NCBI RefSeq assembly: GCF_004010195.1
Contig: NC_057719.1
Span: forward strand, 31,525,468-31,589,467
Direction of reading: 5' to 3'
DNA length: 64,000 nucleotides
Origin: Chiloscyllium plagiosum
Lineage: Eukaryota
The translations under genes were made by a program, and so were the position numbers. Under the pieces are notes generated by a model. The model ran no database searches. It had not been told where the DNA came from and saw only the letters and a program-made list of their open reading frames with translations. Shown here one piece after another: positions 49,679 to 63,178 of the stretch. How positions within the stretch are numbered: position 1 is the stretch's first letter; the number at the start of each line of letters is the position of its first letter.

Positions 49679-51108
49679 CTGCAGAGATCAACAATATTTA
49701 ATCTACTTTTTCCTTGCAACTATTCTGATAAACATTGGGATAAAATTATGAAGAAATTGTTTAATTTAGAGCAGGGAGAATTTAAGACAATCAAAACACT
49801 TTCTGATTAGCCAACCAATTGTTCTGGAGTACATATAAATGAAAGGGAACTGACTCATGTTGCAATCTTCTTGAACATACCAAATCTTAAACCCTCAAAA
49901 GTGAATGGTGGTCAGAGTCACACGACAGTAATTTCCAACTACAAACTTCAATCTGCCAACACACATGAACCTGCACGGCATTAAAATGTAGTCACATAAC
50001 CTGGAGTAAGTTGCTGTTTTCAAAAGCACAGATGTTGTGTGCTGTCCCTTGAGACTATTGCTTTACATAAGAACTCAGCCAAAGTGTCATCACAGTAACT
50101 TGCATTTCTTAGCAGGAGGTTGAATAGGTCAGCATTAAAAGGAGGTTAACTTAACTGAACTGAACTTCACTCAAACATTTGACTCTGCATATACACATCA
50201 CTTGCCCAGAACAGATGACATTCACGGCATCTAACAAGGTTTTTCGGATTGTCCAGCTGCCATGTTACAAAACCATTCTGAATCATGTGTGTGGTTGGGG
50301 AAGTAGTTCTTTGGAAACTTACAAATTTCAGAAGTACTGCCTAACTTAGGATGCTGAATAAGCTTAGTTCCTTCAAACCACTGGCTGACTCAGTAGTCTC
50401 AGTAGTAATGCAAGCTCAGCTCCCAATCCTCAGGTCATTATCCCATCCCATCTCTAACTGATTCAGCAACGTCAAGTCACTCCAATCTGGGCCTGTTTCC
50501 AATGCTTATCTACTCTTAAGATACAGAATGTTCTCTGTTTCAATTACTTTCCGGTGAAAACAATATTTTAAAAGCCACGAATTACTCTCCACAAACTTAG
50601 TGAAATTGTTGTGGTAAATATTGAACAGTATTTCAGCAAGTATATTTTCCTTCCAGAAGAAAGGAGGCTTACGGTGTCCTCTTTTTACGGATTCACTCTA
50701 ATCAATGGACAATGATAAAGGATAAAGGTCAAAATTTCTAAAATGATTTGTTATGCACGCAGCTTGGCTGCTTCAGGAGTTTACGAAATTCATAATTACA
50801 TATTTAGCCAAAATGTTTAAAGTGAATGCTATTTCCACATTGGACTTTACATATTACCCAACTTATAACAAATGCACGTGAACTTTACCATGTGACCAAC
50901 TACTGATTTAACCAGCATCATAAGCTGAGTAAAAGCAGAAATATCTTGAAGCTTCATTAGATTTAAAGAAAAACAAAACTGAGTTGGCTCATGCTTGGTT
51001 GAGGATTTTCTGAAACATAAAATGTCTCACAAGTGCAGGCTTATAGTTTGGCTAATCCTTCATGCAAGTGGTTACAAAGATATACCTAGAAATGCAATCA
51101 AAACCCAC

Positions 51109-51307
51109 CTGTATTACTGAAGACCCAGGTATTTATGTTTGCACCAGCACTCATAATGTACTCCACATCCAAGCTGGCTTCCAAACCTGCCTTTATACCG
51201 CCCTGGGAGCCAATCACTTTACTCACTTTATTGTGGTGCACAAAGCTGCTACCAAATAATGTCATAAACTCTGAGAGATCCATCTGGTGGAAATATTGCT
51301 CCAGGAA
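51109..51307 (-). CDS. TPP1: TPP1 exon 7 equivalent (catalytic Glu/Asp, EASLD)
   Basis: Encodes [19 protein letters not shown]...[26 protein letters not shown](G); 199 bp; canonical sites. Confidence 0.96.
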
Positions 51308-51929
51308 CTAAAGGATAAAACAATTGATCCAAATAATTCATAGGAACAGAATTCAGTTCAGTAAATCTGCCATGTATCATGTTTATCATAGTTGAATACC
51401 ATTTCACTTTAATGAAAAAGCATGTTGCTCAATAAAGGAAATATCTGATTTTATTTTCCAGACCAATCAAACATCAAAGAAATAAATGTACAAAATAACA
51501 TGCTTAGGTCATTAGATTATTCATTAGCATTTCTATCCTGTTCAATTCAGATCGATTTGGCTCCAAGGTCCTATGGGGCCTTGCTCTACCAATGAAAATT
51601 CCCGAATCCAGTCCCCCTGACCACGTCGGTCATGTATCTAAGTGATCTTTGAATCCCTGATCTCTGTTTGCTAAATCAATGTTCCTCCCCATCAACAGCA
51701 CATTTTTGGTTTCTGTTTATAAATTTATTTTTTTCCTATTTGGTGTATGCCCTTTCAGTATGGTAATGTTTCTCAATGATAATGTCATTTGAAACCTTAT
51801 GTGGTGGTTTTCCTTAGGAGGCACAATGTATATTTCTTTGAACAAAATACTATTTCAACTAACAGACAACAAAGATATTGAAAGTCTAGTTTACCAGTGG
51901 GTTTGATATGGTCAGACTAACAGCATTAC

Positions 51930-52108
51930 CTGTGCCACAGCTTGACTGCTATTCTTGTGAGACCCAACAGCACTTGCAGTAAGGTTATAACGTTTCCTTA
52001 GGACAGCTGGTGTCACGCCCAAGTGAAAGTCTGCTTCTATATTCTGGCTAGCTTTCCACGCCTTGCTTATCACAGTCTTTTTCGGAGGGAATCGATGTAC
52101 ACCTCCAA
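51930..52108 (-). CDS. TPP1: TPP1 exon 6 equivalent (prosegment/mature junction, FHLGVTP)
   Basis: Encodes GGVHRFPP...DFHLGVTPAVLRKRYNLT...SQAVAQ; 179 bp; canonical sites. Confidence 0.95.
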
Positions 52109-53390
52109 CTAAAACAAGTACAATTTTTTAAAAAAAGAATAATTTATGAATAAAGCAATATTTCCCACTAACTTCCCCATTCTTTTGGACAAGTTACTGC
52201 ATTAAGGTGGCTGTATAAATGCCAGATGTTATGGAAGCAGGCCTGCTGTAAAGATTGAAAAGTGAACTTAGTGGACAGACAGGTGTAGAATCGAGGAAAG
52301 ATTGTGCAGGCTAGGGCATACCAGAGCCTGGAATTAAAGCAAGGCATGTGCTAAGTAGGTGCTAAGTAGTGTCCAAGTAAGGAATCACAATTCAGGTTAG
52401 TACTGTGGTACTTCAGGATATTTCACAGTGGCTAATCATAGAGGATGATTATTAGACAATTGCATGTAGCAGATGTGCCTCAAAATTACTGCATACTTTG
52501 GAACAGTGAAAGACATACAAACTTAAAGATGAACTGGGAGAAGCATATATGAAAGTAATATAGATTTATGATAGAAATCTGAAGTACGATTAAACTTATG
52601 AACAATAATAAACAAATTACTGTTCCATAAAATTTTAATTACATCTTTATCGAATAGGTAGAGTGAGAAAAGAAATAGAATTGTGAAAATGTGTACAAAA
52701 GATCCTTCCTCAACTAGTCTTTTCTAGTCTACTGACAGAGAAGTGTGTGCTGCTGTGCTGAATATGAACAATTGAAAAAAAAAATCAGATCAGTGAGCTA
52801 ATATTGGGGGAGAAGCAACAAGAATTGGAAATAGAATATAAGTTAGGCTTAAGATAGTTTTTTAAAAATCAGTGGACTCATGCAGAGTTATCATAGGTAA
52901 AGCTGAAGGGGAAATCAGAACCTGAAGATTACAAAAGGTGCAGAATAAGAACACTAAATTAAAAAAGTTAGACACTACTGATTTTAGAATGCCATTGATC
53001 ATCAATTTATAGATTTGATTATAAATCTGCAGAGGTATTTAATAAATAGATGCTTCACATTTTTATTAGCAAAAAGAAGGTAATGGTGAATTCAAAATGA
53101 AAATGAAATGAATGACATTGTGAATGGATAAGAGGAAAAGTTAAGTTTTCGACTCTACCCTTTGGGAAGAGGACTTCCATATCTTAAATCAGAAACTCTG
53201 CCTCTGTGAATTTGTCAGTAGCACTTTGGTTTGAAATTTCCTGAATCTGACAGCTGACTGGCTTAAAATAAAACATCTGTTCTACTATAACAATTAGCCG
53301 GCCAGGTACAGGATAGAATGACTTGTACTGTATCTGAGGTATTTCATTTATCCACAACATTATCCAAAAGTTACTATTTTATTAGCTCAC

Positions 53391-53512
53391 CAAAATCAAT
53401 GTGTTCAGCAACTTCTTCAGCAACCTCATACTTAACTGGAGATCTTATCAAAATGTGACGGCCATTGGTGTACCGATTAAATTCTGATCCAGGTAAAAGC
53501 TTTTCAGCAGTG
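53391..53512 (-). CDS. TPP1: TPP1 exon 5 equivalent (prodomain)
   Basis: Encodes TAEKLLPGSEFNRYTNGRHILIRSPVKYEVAEEVAEHIDF; 122 bp, phase 2/1; GTGAG donor. Confidence 0.93.
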
Positions 53513-53984
53513 CTGAAATACAGATTGAGAAACAGAATAATTCCATAACTTCACTCAGAAACAGTTCTTGACCTGCAAAACCAAATTTTTGTGAAGTTTA
53601 ATAACAGGAAAACCAATTAAATGTTTAGCTCCCACTGGTTCATGTAATCTCAGTTCAATTATTTCCCTACATATTTGGTGTTCAACTCAACCTGATCTAA
53701 TCTTCCTATTCAAATGTGAATCAAAGACTTAAGAGCTACAACCTTGGGAGCATTTTCAATTGTGCCCTTTATTATGCTGCTACAAAAACACTAAATTATC
53801 AGAAAGAGAAGAGAATAGTCACGCATTAGCAAATGTCTAAAACCACAGGAACTCCAATTAATAATGAATTAGGGGATGAACTGAACACCCTGTCATACAT
53901 TATGGAGGGGGAAGAGTTACCTGGATATTTTGTTTCAAAAGGTGGTCACACACTTTGGATAATGCTGTCCAATTCTATTTGTAT

Positions 53985-54563
53985 TGTGATGATGCGGTCA
54001 CTTTCAAAAGGTTATTTTGTCCTTTTTTTTTAAGAAGAGAAGTCATAAAGGCAGAGATGCTGAAAAGTCTAGTTTAAAAATGGTCAAGGAATGGCCAATT
54101 CTCCCAGTTCAGGTTTTTCCTAATTTGCTTTTAGCTGTAGCAGTCACAAGATGTTGGAGTCCAGCAGAGTTGCACGCTGCAGTAAAGGATTCCCCTGACT
54201 TTCTCTGAAATCTCTCTCTGGATGTTGTTGTCTCCTGCCTGTAAGATTCTGTGTTTGATTTTACCATTTTGCCAAGGGGTGTTTTTATGGATGTTACTGT
54301 ATTGGAGCAGTTAATTAGTAATACTTACTGTATCAGGTCGGCTAAGTTTTCCAATAGTTACGTTATTCTAAAGTCCGCTTTCTTTAATTCGTGTTTCAAC
54401 TGTAGTCTTTAAATAAATTCTGTTTTCCTTAAAGCTGAGTGGTTTGATCAGTTGGATCACATCTGGAACACCCACTTCACATCTCCCTTTTATAATAAGA
54501 AAATGTTAGGGTCTAGGCTACCTTCTTAAAATAAGTTGAGGGGGTCTGGCCTGGTCCACAACA
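53985..54563 (+). mobile_element. Solo LTR (579 bp)
   Basis: TGTG...AACA ends, GTAT TSD (53981-53984, 54564-54567), internal AATAAA. Confidence 0.75.
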
Positions 54564-54694
54564 GTATTAAGGAACAGGAAGAAGGCTGTAACAACAAGCA
54601 AGACAAGTAAAGGGTAGAGAATATAATAAGCATGCAAGGGCCTGAGCTCTGAAAATTACCTGTCAAGTTTGAGGTGATTGGTTGTGCGAGAAAA

Positions 54695-54995
54695 AGCAAG
54701 ATCTGTAAGGGTGCAGAGGAGATTTACTAGGATGTTGTCTGGTATGGAAGGAATGTCTTACGAGGAAAGGGACATATGTCAGAGGTAGTTTCTTTACTCA
54801 GAGAGTAGTAAGGGAATGGAATGCTTTGCCTGCAATGGTAGTGAATTCACCAAGTTTAAGTGCATTTAAGTCGTCATTGGACAGGCATATGGACGTACAT
54901 GGAATAGTGTAGGTGGGATGGGCTTCAGATTAGTATGACAGGGCGGTGCAACATCGAGGGCCAAAGGGCCTGTACTGCGCTGTAATGTTCTATGA
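54695..54995 (+). mobile_element. CR1 3' end with an internal deletion
   Basis: Matches 33230-33290 joined to 33458-33670. Confidence 0.85.
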
Positions 54996-56517
54996 AAAGC
55001 AACAGACTGATCAGGGCACCTGGATTGAGGACTGAAGTTCTCTCTAAGCTGCACCGAGGGACCACATCTGCCAGTGTTGCTGGCATAGTCACTTCTTGTT
55101 TCTCAAGTCACTGCTGCACAGATACCTCTGAGGCTGAATTAGAAGGAAAATACTTCAGAGCATCTTCAAGCAGGTGAATAAAATGTTTGGGGAGTAGATT
55201 AGAGGACAGTATAGTGAGGGGGCTAAAACTGTTTTGTGCAGCCAGTTGTATGATATTACCCACCCTTTGCCAGAGTTTGGAGCATTGGTTCAGGGCTGGA
55301 CAGGAGCTCAGACTGGGATGAGAAGGATCCAGTTGTGATGGTTCAAGTAGGCACAACATAAGCAGGACTGAGAAAGAGATTCTGCTTAGTCAGTATGAGG
55401 CACCAAATTGAAGAGCAGGATCTTGAGGGTAATGATCTCTGGAATGTGGAATGAATATGTAGCTGAAAGGCTGTTGTGGGAGAATGGGGTTCTAGTTCAT
55501 GAGACACTAGCATAAATGTTGGGTAAAGTAGGGGCAGTACCTGAGCTGTGCTAGGCCCAGTTTTCTAGCACACTACTAGGGAAGTAAACAAAGCCTTAAA
55601 TTAAATAATGGGGGTAAGGGATCGAGTTTGGAAAGAGAGAGAGCAAATCAAGGACAGGAAAGCACAATGGGAAGAGATCACAGAATGGCCGGAGAGACAG
55701 AATATCTCAAGCGTCAAGTCTGGATGTTGTGAAGATACCAAAAACACAAAAAAGTTTAAAGGCTCTGTATATAAATGTGTATAGGAGTCATAGCAAAGTA
55801 AATAAGTTGAAGGTGCACATTAAAGTAAGGTGCACAATGATCCAATAACCATTACAGAGATGCTGCTGCATAATGATAAGAGTTAGTTTTTGAATATCAA
55901 TCGGTTTTTAAAATTCAAAAAAAATATGAAGCTACATAAAGGTGGACGGGTAGCACTCAAGAATGGCATTGCTGCTAAAGTTAGAGGCGACCTTTGTTCA
56001 AGAGATAAGGTTTGGTTAGATTTGAGGAATACTAGCAGAGATAAGCCACTAATGGATATAGTCTATAGGCCCCTAAATGTAACTACAATGTAGAATGAAT
56101 TACACAAGGAGAAATAGTGTGTTCTTGTAATAAATGGATGGTAATAATTGTATGTGATTTTAATCCATATATGAACTGAAAATTCAGATTGGCAACGGCA
56201 GCCTGCTAAAGAGTTAATAGGACGCTTCTAACATAGTCTCTTAGAGCAGCATGCTCTGGAACCAACTAGAGAGCAGATTATACCAGATCCAGTATTGGGA
56301 AATGTGACAGGATTAATTAATGGGCGAAGGCACACTTAGGTAGCAGTGACTACAATATGATTGAATTTTATATCAATTATGAAATAGAGATTAGATTGAA
56401 GACTAAAATTTTACACTTAAATAAGAGCAAGTGTGAGAGCATGAAAACTGAGCTAGCCTGAAGTGAACCAGGATACGAAGCTGGGGTATAGATCAATAGT
56501 GAAGCTGTAGAGACATT

Positions 56518-56801
56518 AGATTAGATTAGATTAGATTACTTACAGTGTGGAAACAGGCCCTTTGGCCCAACAAGTCCACGCCGACCCTCCGAAAAGCAAC
56601 CCACCCAGACCCACTCCCCTTCACCTAAAAGGCAATTTAGCATAACCAAGTCACCTAACCTGTACATCTTTGGACTGTGGGAGGAAACCCACGCAGACAC
56701 AGGGAGAATGTGCAAACTCCACATAGACAGTTGCCTGAGGCGGGAATTGAACCCGGGTCTCTGGTGCTGTGAGGCAGCATTGCTAACCACTGTGCCGCCC
56801 G
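56518..56801 (-). mobile_element. HE1-type SINE
   Basis: Same body as 26506-26834; (TCTAA)n tail; ACATT duplication at the flanks. Confidence 0.9.
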
Positions 56802-56833
56802 TAAACATTTAAGGGCATATTTCAGAAAGCTCA

Positions 56834-57559
56834 TGTTATGAAGCTGTAGGTGTACTGTAGCTTTAAGGGAGCTGAAATTTCTGGCTAGAATAGTGTTCTG
56901 AACAAGATAACAATGTAACATTTGGTCAAACAACTAGCTAAGAGTTATGTTGCCTGGATACAAAAATAAATTCAGCCAATCATTTTAAATTATGCCCAAA
57001 GACACCAAACTCTAATCAAGCTCGAATTTAGTATTTTGACAATATTAAAACCAATGAAACGATCCGATGTTTTGGGGTATAAATGTCAGACATTTTGAAC
57101 TGTTACCCAGAGCGGCAAAGAGCACCAACAAAAACAAAACAATACAGACTGCCTGCCGAACTCCTCTTATAAAAGGTACCTATATCTATCAAAGACCCGT
57201 GAAGCAGAATCCCTAAGAAGAAAAGACAACAGAGCAAAGTCTATACAGGACACTCCGCTAAGCTGTCTGGTTTTGAAACGTGTTTTTTTTTGTAGATTGT
57301 AATCAGGATTTTTTTAAAAAATCGGACCAGTCTTGTAGAGGGGGAGGTAAAAGATAGGTTTAAGAGAAAGGAGTTGTAAATAGTTGTTAGTTAATATTCT
57401 CTGTTAGACTTAAAGAATAAAATTCTTAAAGTTTTACTTTAAATAGTGACTTTGGAGATTTTTGTTTGCCTCTCGAATTTTAACAATTTACTACACGAGA
57501 TGAATCTGGTCTGTCTTGCTGGATTAAACTGGCAGAAGGGTTTACCCCGTGTCATAACA
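56834..57559 (+). mobile_element. Solo LTR related to the Gmr1-like element (726 bp)
   Basis: TGTTATGAA...CATAACA ends; CTCA TSD (56830-56833, 57560-57563); collinear with 35665-36515. Confidence 0.92.
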
Positions 57560-60500
57560 CTCAGAACAAGTGTACATTTATTATGAAGAAAAGAAAATGA
57601 ATAGAAGGGTCTACCATTTGTGGTGATTATAAGAAGTTAAGCAGATCATTAAACTTAAGGAACTTTTATATCTTTGCACAAAAATGACTGGCAGGTCAGA
57701 TGTTTGGTCAGAATATAAAAAGCAGAGGATGACTAAAAGATTAATAAGGAGAACAAAATTAAAATATGAGGGGATGCTAACTAAACATGTAAAAATAGAC
57801 AGCAATAGTTTCTACAGGTATTTTAAAAGAAGAATAAGTAAAGTGAGTGTTGGTCTTCCAGAGAATGAGATTGAAGAGGTAACACTAGACAATAAGGAAA
57901 TGGAAGATGAGATGAAGAAATATTTTGCTTCAGTCTTAACCACAGAACTTAAAATAAACATTCCAGTAATAGTTGTCAATTGGGAGCTGAAAGGGAGAGA
58001 GAAACTGGTGAAATTACAATACAATTACACTAGAGTGATACTGAACAAACTGATGACAAGTGCCCACGTCCCAATGTTCACTCTAGAGTTTCAAACGAGC
58101 AAGCTAGTTATATAATCTGTTGGTGTTAACTTTTCAAAATTTGCTAGATTCTGGAAAGATTCCATCAAACTGCAAAGTAAAAAATATAATTCCTGCATTC
58201 AATAAGGGAGAGAGGGTCGCAGAAAGCGGGAAATGAAAGGCAACTGAACTGGACTTTAGTCCTGGGGAATTTGTTAGAATTGATTATTCAAGAGGTTACA
58301 GCTGGGCATTTAGAAAAGCTCAAAGTAATCAGGAACAGTCAGCACGGTTTTGTGGAAGAGACTTAAGTTCACCTATTTGCTTGAGTTCTTTGAATGAGTA
58401 ATGTGCAATATGGGTAAAGGGGATGTTGGCTGACATACTGTACTCTGATTTCCAGAAAGCATTTGAGAAGACATTACATAAAAGATATTTGTGCTAAACA
58501 GGATCTCATGGTATCGGGGGTAGCATGCTGGCATGGAGACAAGATTGGCTGGCTGGCTGGCAGAAAACAAAATGTGCATAAACAGATCTTTTTTCCTGAA
58601 CTGGTAGGAAGTGAAAAAAAAGTGTATGAGTGAAATAGAGAATGAATTCTGTGGTATAGAGGATTCTAGGTGTTTGACTGCATGAGTCACAAAATGCTAG
58701 TACGCACACATAGCACATAAAGAAGGCTAAAGCAGTTCTACTCTTTAACAGGAGAGGAATGAAACATAGAATACGTTATGCTTCAGTTAAACAGGGCATT
58801 GGTGAGCCCACATTTCAATTATCGTGTATTGTTTTAGTCACCCTATTGAAAGGAGGATGTAAATGTGTTGGTGGTGTTTCAGAGGGGGTTTACTAAATTG
58901 ATACCTAATCCTGCATTCATTGGAGTTTAGCAGAACAAGTGGTCACTTGATTGAAGTATATATATTCCTAAATAGGCTTGTCAAGGTAAGCACAGAAAGG
59001 ATCATTCATCTTGTAAGTGCATCCAGAATTTGAGAACATTGTTTAAAAATGAGAGATTGCCCTTATGGCAGAGAGAAGAGGAATTTTTTGATTTAGAAAG
59101 TCCTGTGAGTTTGCAACTCTATACATTCGGAGATGGTGGAAGCAATGACATTGCATATTCTCAAGGCAGAAGTAGATAGATTCTTGGTAGCTAAGAAAAT
59201 GAAAAGTTACCGGGGTAGAGAAAATTTGAAATTCAAACCACAAACAGATCAGTCATAATCTTATTGAATGGCTGAGGAAACACGAGGAACTGAATGCTGC
59301 ATTTATACAAATAATTGGTATGTTTCTATGTCCTTATCATTATGCTAGCCCCTCCAGTCTTGCCCAATTGTCTTTAGGAATATTCCACATCCCATTCTGG
59401 TCCTTTTCCTTAACTAGTTTATTCCGAGCTTACTCCTTGGGAGTCTTCTTTTCAGTCACTCCACTCTTAAATGTTTGGAATGTGTCCCCAAAACATTTTG
59501 TCTTCCTACCTTTGGTGCTTCCTTCAGCGAACACTATGTATAGGAGCTACTACTTTAATTTTTTGTACCACTTTCTCAGCATTCCCTCTTTCCCATGTAA
59601 CTATACAGAGATATTAATGTTATATACTGGAGTGTTTAATTAGCAACTAAACTTGAAATGTCACAAGAATTCTGGCAATGGATTATTGGGACTCACAAAG
59701 AAAAGTGACTTCTTTCAAGTTGATATAACCCTGTTATGTGGGTCTGTGCTGTTTCCAAGACTTTTCTCAGTCTCTTGTAAGGGACAAAATTTCTGACCGC
59801 CCTTTACAAAGCGAGTGACTAGCTGTTGACTGGGACACCCTATGCTAGGAGTGTCACTTTTCCTGTTACTCAAAATGTGTTGCTGATGCAACCAGTCAAC
59901 GAATGAAATAGAGGCAGCTTGACCTCCACTACAGTGTACATGGGTGCCAACAGGGAGGTCCAGACTAGGAAAACAATATCCATTATTTCCTTTCATAAAA
60001 ACATCATTGCATTGTAATCTCAGGGGACCAGAAGGTCAACTTCCAGGGTCAGTAAGGTGATCTGGACACATGCTACCTCTTCTCCATCTAAGAATGGTAC
60101 ATAGTCAGAATCACATTGATGAACGATGTAAAAAAAAGTTTACAGAAAACTAATAAATCTCCCTTTATGGATCCTGTCAACTCTGGCTTGAGAGCACCAT
60201 TGATATAATTCTAAAATAATTGCTGTTTTCATGACTTGAGGAATTTTGAAGCCATTGCATTTTGGACAAAAAGCCAACTTATGAGATGCACATGAGCAGA
60301 TCAAGTTGAACCAAAAAAGAAATTGCAGCACTGGAGACTGGAATTTACTGAATTGTGTCCATGAGTATAACTTACTTAAACTTCTTTTTAAAAAAATGCT
60401 TCTGTACCTTAAGATAGTTTTCAGTTATAACCTACACTGTCCATCGCTCTCAATAATGCAGAACACTGAACAAACATTTTCCTTTCTTAATAGTTTAGTA

Positions 60501-60565
60501 TGAGACCCCATAAAAGTTAGGTTTTTATAAATTGTAAACATTCCGCAACTCAGATTTGTTTTCAC

Positions 60566-60716
60566 CTGGCAGACATGAAACATCTCAAGAAATCCAAGGT
60601 CTGGATGGTGGAGCAGTTTTGTACATCATGGTTTTTAAGCCACGTCCACACAGTTTTCAGAGTCTCTTCTGAAGGTCGAATCAGACTCGATAACTCATCC
60701 AAGGTGAGGTATTTAC
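60566..60716 (-). CDS. TPP1: TPP1 exon 4 equivalent (prodomain); exons 1-3 not seen, presumably beyond the window
   Basis: Encodes (G)KYLTLDELSSLIRPSEETLKTVWTWL...QTLDFLRCFMSA; 151 bp; ttctAG and GTGAAA sites. Confidence 0.93.
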
Positions 60717-61139
60717 CTAGAAAATAGTGAGACTCAGTTTATAATTGCAATTACATACTTCTCAAAAAAGGGTCAGAAGGTGCAAGGATTGTTATCACAT
60801 TTAAAAGAAAAGTTACAACTTTTAAGTCAGAATTAGTCATGTATTCACATTTGAAATTCTTCTAGAAGGAGTCTCGTTAAGTAAGATAAAATACTGAAAC
60901 ACTATAAATAAAACAAATGGAAATCCGAAGTTCAAATTAGAAATGTTGGAAAATATTGTTTTTGGGAAGTTATTAACCCCATTTTAATTAATCCATCCAT
61001 TTCCTCTTCCCTGGTAACTTTTCATTTTTTTGGCTAACAAGAATCTATCTACCTCTGCCTTGAGAATATTCAACGCCATTGCTTCCACCTGTCTCACGCC
61101 AGCACCACGTTCACAATTCAACATCAACATTTTCCTCAG

Positions 61140-61428
61140 ATGATGATGGCTAACACGAGGGGACACAGCTTTAAATTGAGGGGTGATAGATATAGGACAG
61201 ATGTCAGAGGTAGTTTCTTTACTCAGAGAATAGTAGGGGCGTGGAACACACTGCCTGCAACATTTGTAGACTCACCAATGTTATAGGCATTTAAGTGGTC
61301 ATTGGATAGGCATATGGATGAGAAAGGAATTGTATAGGTTAGATGGGCTTTGGATTGGTCCCACAGGTTGGAGCAACATCAAGGGCCGGCGAGCCTGTAC
61401 TACGCTGTAACATTCTATGTTCTATCTA
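61140..61428 (+). mobile_element. CR1 3' end
   Basis: RGHSFKLRG...FFTQR; (TTCTATG) tail; similar to 33405-33670. Confidence 0.88.
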
Positions 61429-61798
61429 ATTTCTGAAATGATTCTGGGCTTTTTGCTCTGTTACTCTATTTGCTTATTCAACATATGATGAAAAAGTTCT
61501 TAATATCAGCCCTAAATTTAACTTTTAGCAGCTGAAGTACATGTGCTTCCTTTTCCTGCATTGTACATAGCAGTTGAATGTCTTGCTTATTTCTTACTAA
61601 CTAGGAAGTTCAAGGTTTGACACAATGATATCTATTCAGTTCTCCTTCTGACCTTTATTTTACGTTTTTGATAAATTCAATATTTTGGACAACAGTAAAA
61701 TACTGCAGATGTTAGAAATCTGAAGTAAACACAATGCTGGAGAAACTCAGCCAGTCTTGCAGCATTTGTTCAGACTTCTGAAGAAGTTACACTGACTC

Positions 61799-63178
61799 TA
61801 TGGAAGATATAGACTGTAGGGAAATAGACGGTGACATCTTGCAAAATGACCAGATTACAGAGGAGGAAGTGCTGGATGTCTTGAAACAGGTAAAAGGTGG
61901 ATAAATTCCAGGACCTTATCAGGAGTAACCTAGAACTCTATGGGAAGCTAGAGACGTGATTGCTGGGCCTCTTGCTGAGATACTTGTATCATCGATAGTC
62001 ACAAGTGAGGTGCCAGAAGACTGAAGGTGGGCTAATGCGGTGCCACTGTTTAGGAAGGGTGGTAAGGACAAGCCAGGGAACTATAGACCAGTGAGCCTGA
62101 TGTCGGTAGTGGGCAGGTTGTTGGAGGGGATCCTGAGGGACAGGATGTACATGTATTTGGAAAGGCAAGGCCTGATTAGGGATAGTCAACATGGCTTTGT
62201 GCATGGGAAATCATGTCTCACAAACTTGATTGAGTTTTTTGAAGAAGTAACAAAGAGGATTGATGAGGGCAGAGCGGTAAATGTAGTCTATATGGACTTC
62301 AGTAAGGCGTTCGACAAGGTTCCCCATGTGAGACTGATTAGCAAGGTTAGATCTTATGGAATACAGGGAGAACTAGCTATTTAGATACAGAACTGGCTCA
62401 TAGGTAGAAAACAGAGGGTGGTGGTGGAGGGTTGTTTTTCAGACTGGAGGCCTGTGACCAGTGGAGTGCCACAAGGATCGGTGCTGGGTCCTCTACGTTT
62501 TGTCATTTACATAAATTATTTGGATGTGAAAATAAGAGGTACAGTTAGTAAGTTTGCAGATGACACCAAAATTGGAGGTTACAGGAGTTGGGAGGTCATG
62601 CTGTGGCTGTACAGGACATTGGTTAGGCCACTGTTGGAATATTCAGTGCAATTCTGGTCTCCTTCCTATCGGAAAGATGTTGTGAAACATGAAAGGGTTC
62701 AGAAAAGATTTACAAGGATGTTGCCAGGGTTGGAGGATTTGAGCTATAGGGAGAGGCTGAACAGATTGGGGCTGTTTCCCCTGGAGCGTCGGAGCTGAGG
62801 GGTGACCTTTTTAAGGTTTACAAAATTATGAGGGGCATGGATGGGGTAAATAGGCAAAGTCTTTCCTGGGGTCAGGGAGTCCAGAACTAGAGGGCATAGG
62901 TTTAGGGTGAGAGGGGAAAGATATAAAAGAGACCTAAGGGGCAATATTTTCACAGAGGGTGGCACGGGTATGGAATGAGCTGCCAGAGCAAGTGGTGGAG
63001 ACTGTACAATTGCAACATTTAAGAGGCATTTGGATGGGTATATGAATAGGAAGGGTTGGGAGGGATATGGGCCGGATGCTGTCAGGTGGGCCTAGATTGG
63101 GTTGGGATATCTGGTCAGCATGGACGGGTTGGACCAAAGGGTCTGTTTCCATGCTGTACATCTCTATGACTATGACTC
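61799..63178 (+). mobile_element. CR1 RT/3' fragment with a deletion at about 62580, inserted into a Penelope-derived repeat
   Basis: ORFs 62040-62384 and 62418-62798; TGACTC at 61793-61798 and 63173-63178; host repeat halves at about 61690-61798 and 63179-63245. Confidence 0.92.

Larger units (their letters stand above)
55400..59300 (+). mobile_element. Old long CR1-like LINE hosting a SINE and a solo LTR
   Basis: Degraded YRP, YFASV, SQHGF, DFQKAF and 3' motifs in order. Confidence 0.75.
34630..60716 (-). pseudogene. TPP1: TPP1 locus disabled as assembled (young pseudogene, null allele, or assembly errors)
   Basis: Frameshift in exon 8 plus loss of the invariant GT after exon 10. All other exons are open with canonical splice sites. 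Confidence 0.5.

Noticed and set aside
52348..52369. Tandem duplication (GTGCTAAGTAG)2
   Set aside because: Isolated slippage-type duplication with no further structure.
62040..62798. Reverse transcriptase ORFs as a host gene or novel RT system
   Set aside because: Ordinary CR1 fragments with stops and deletions. No intact autonomous element was found in the window.
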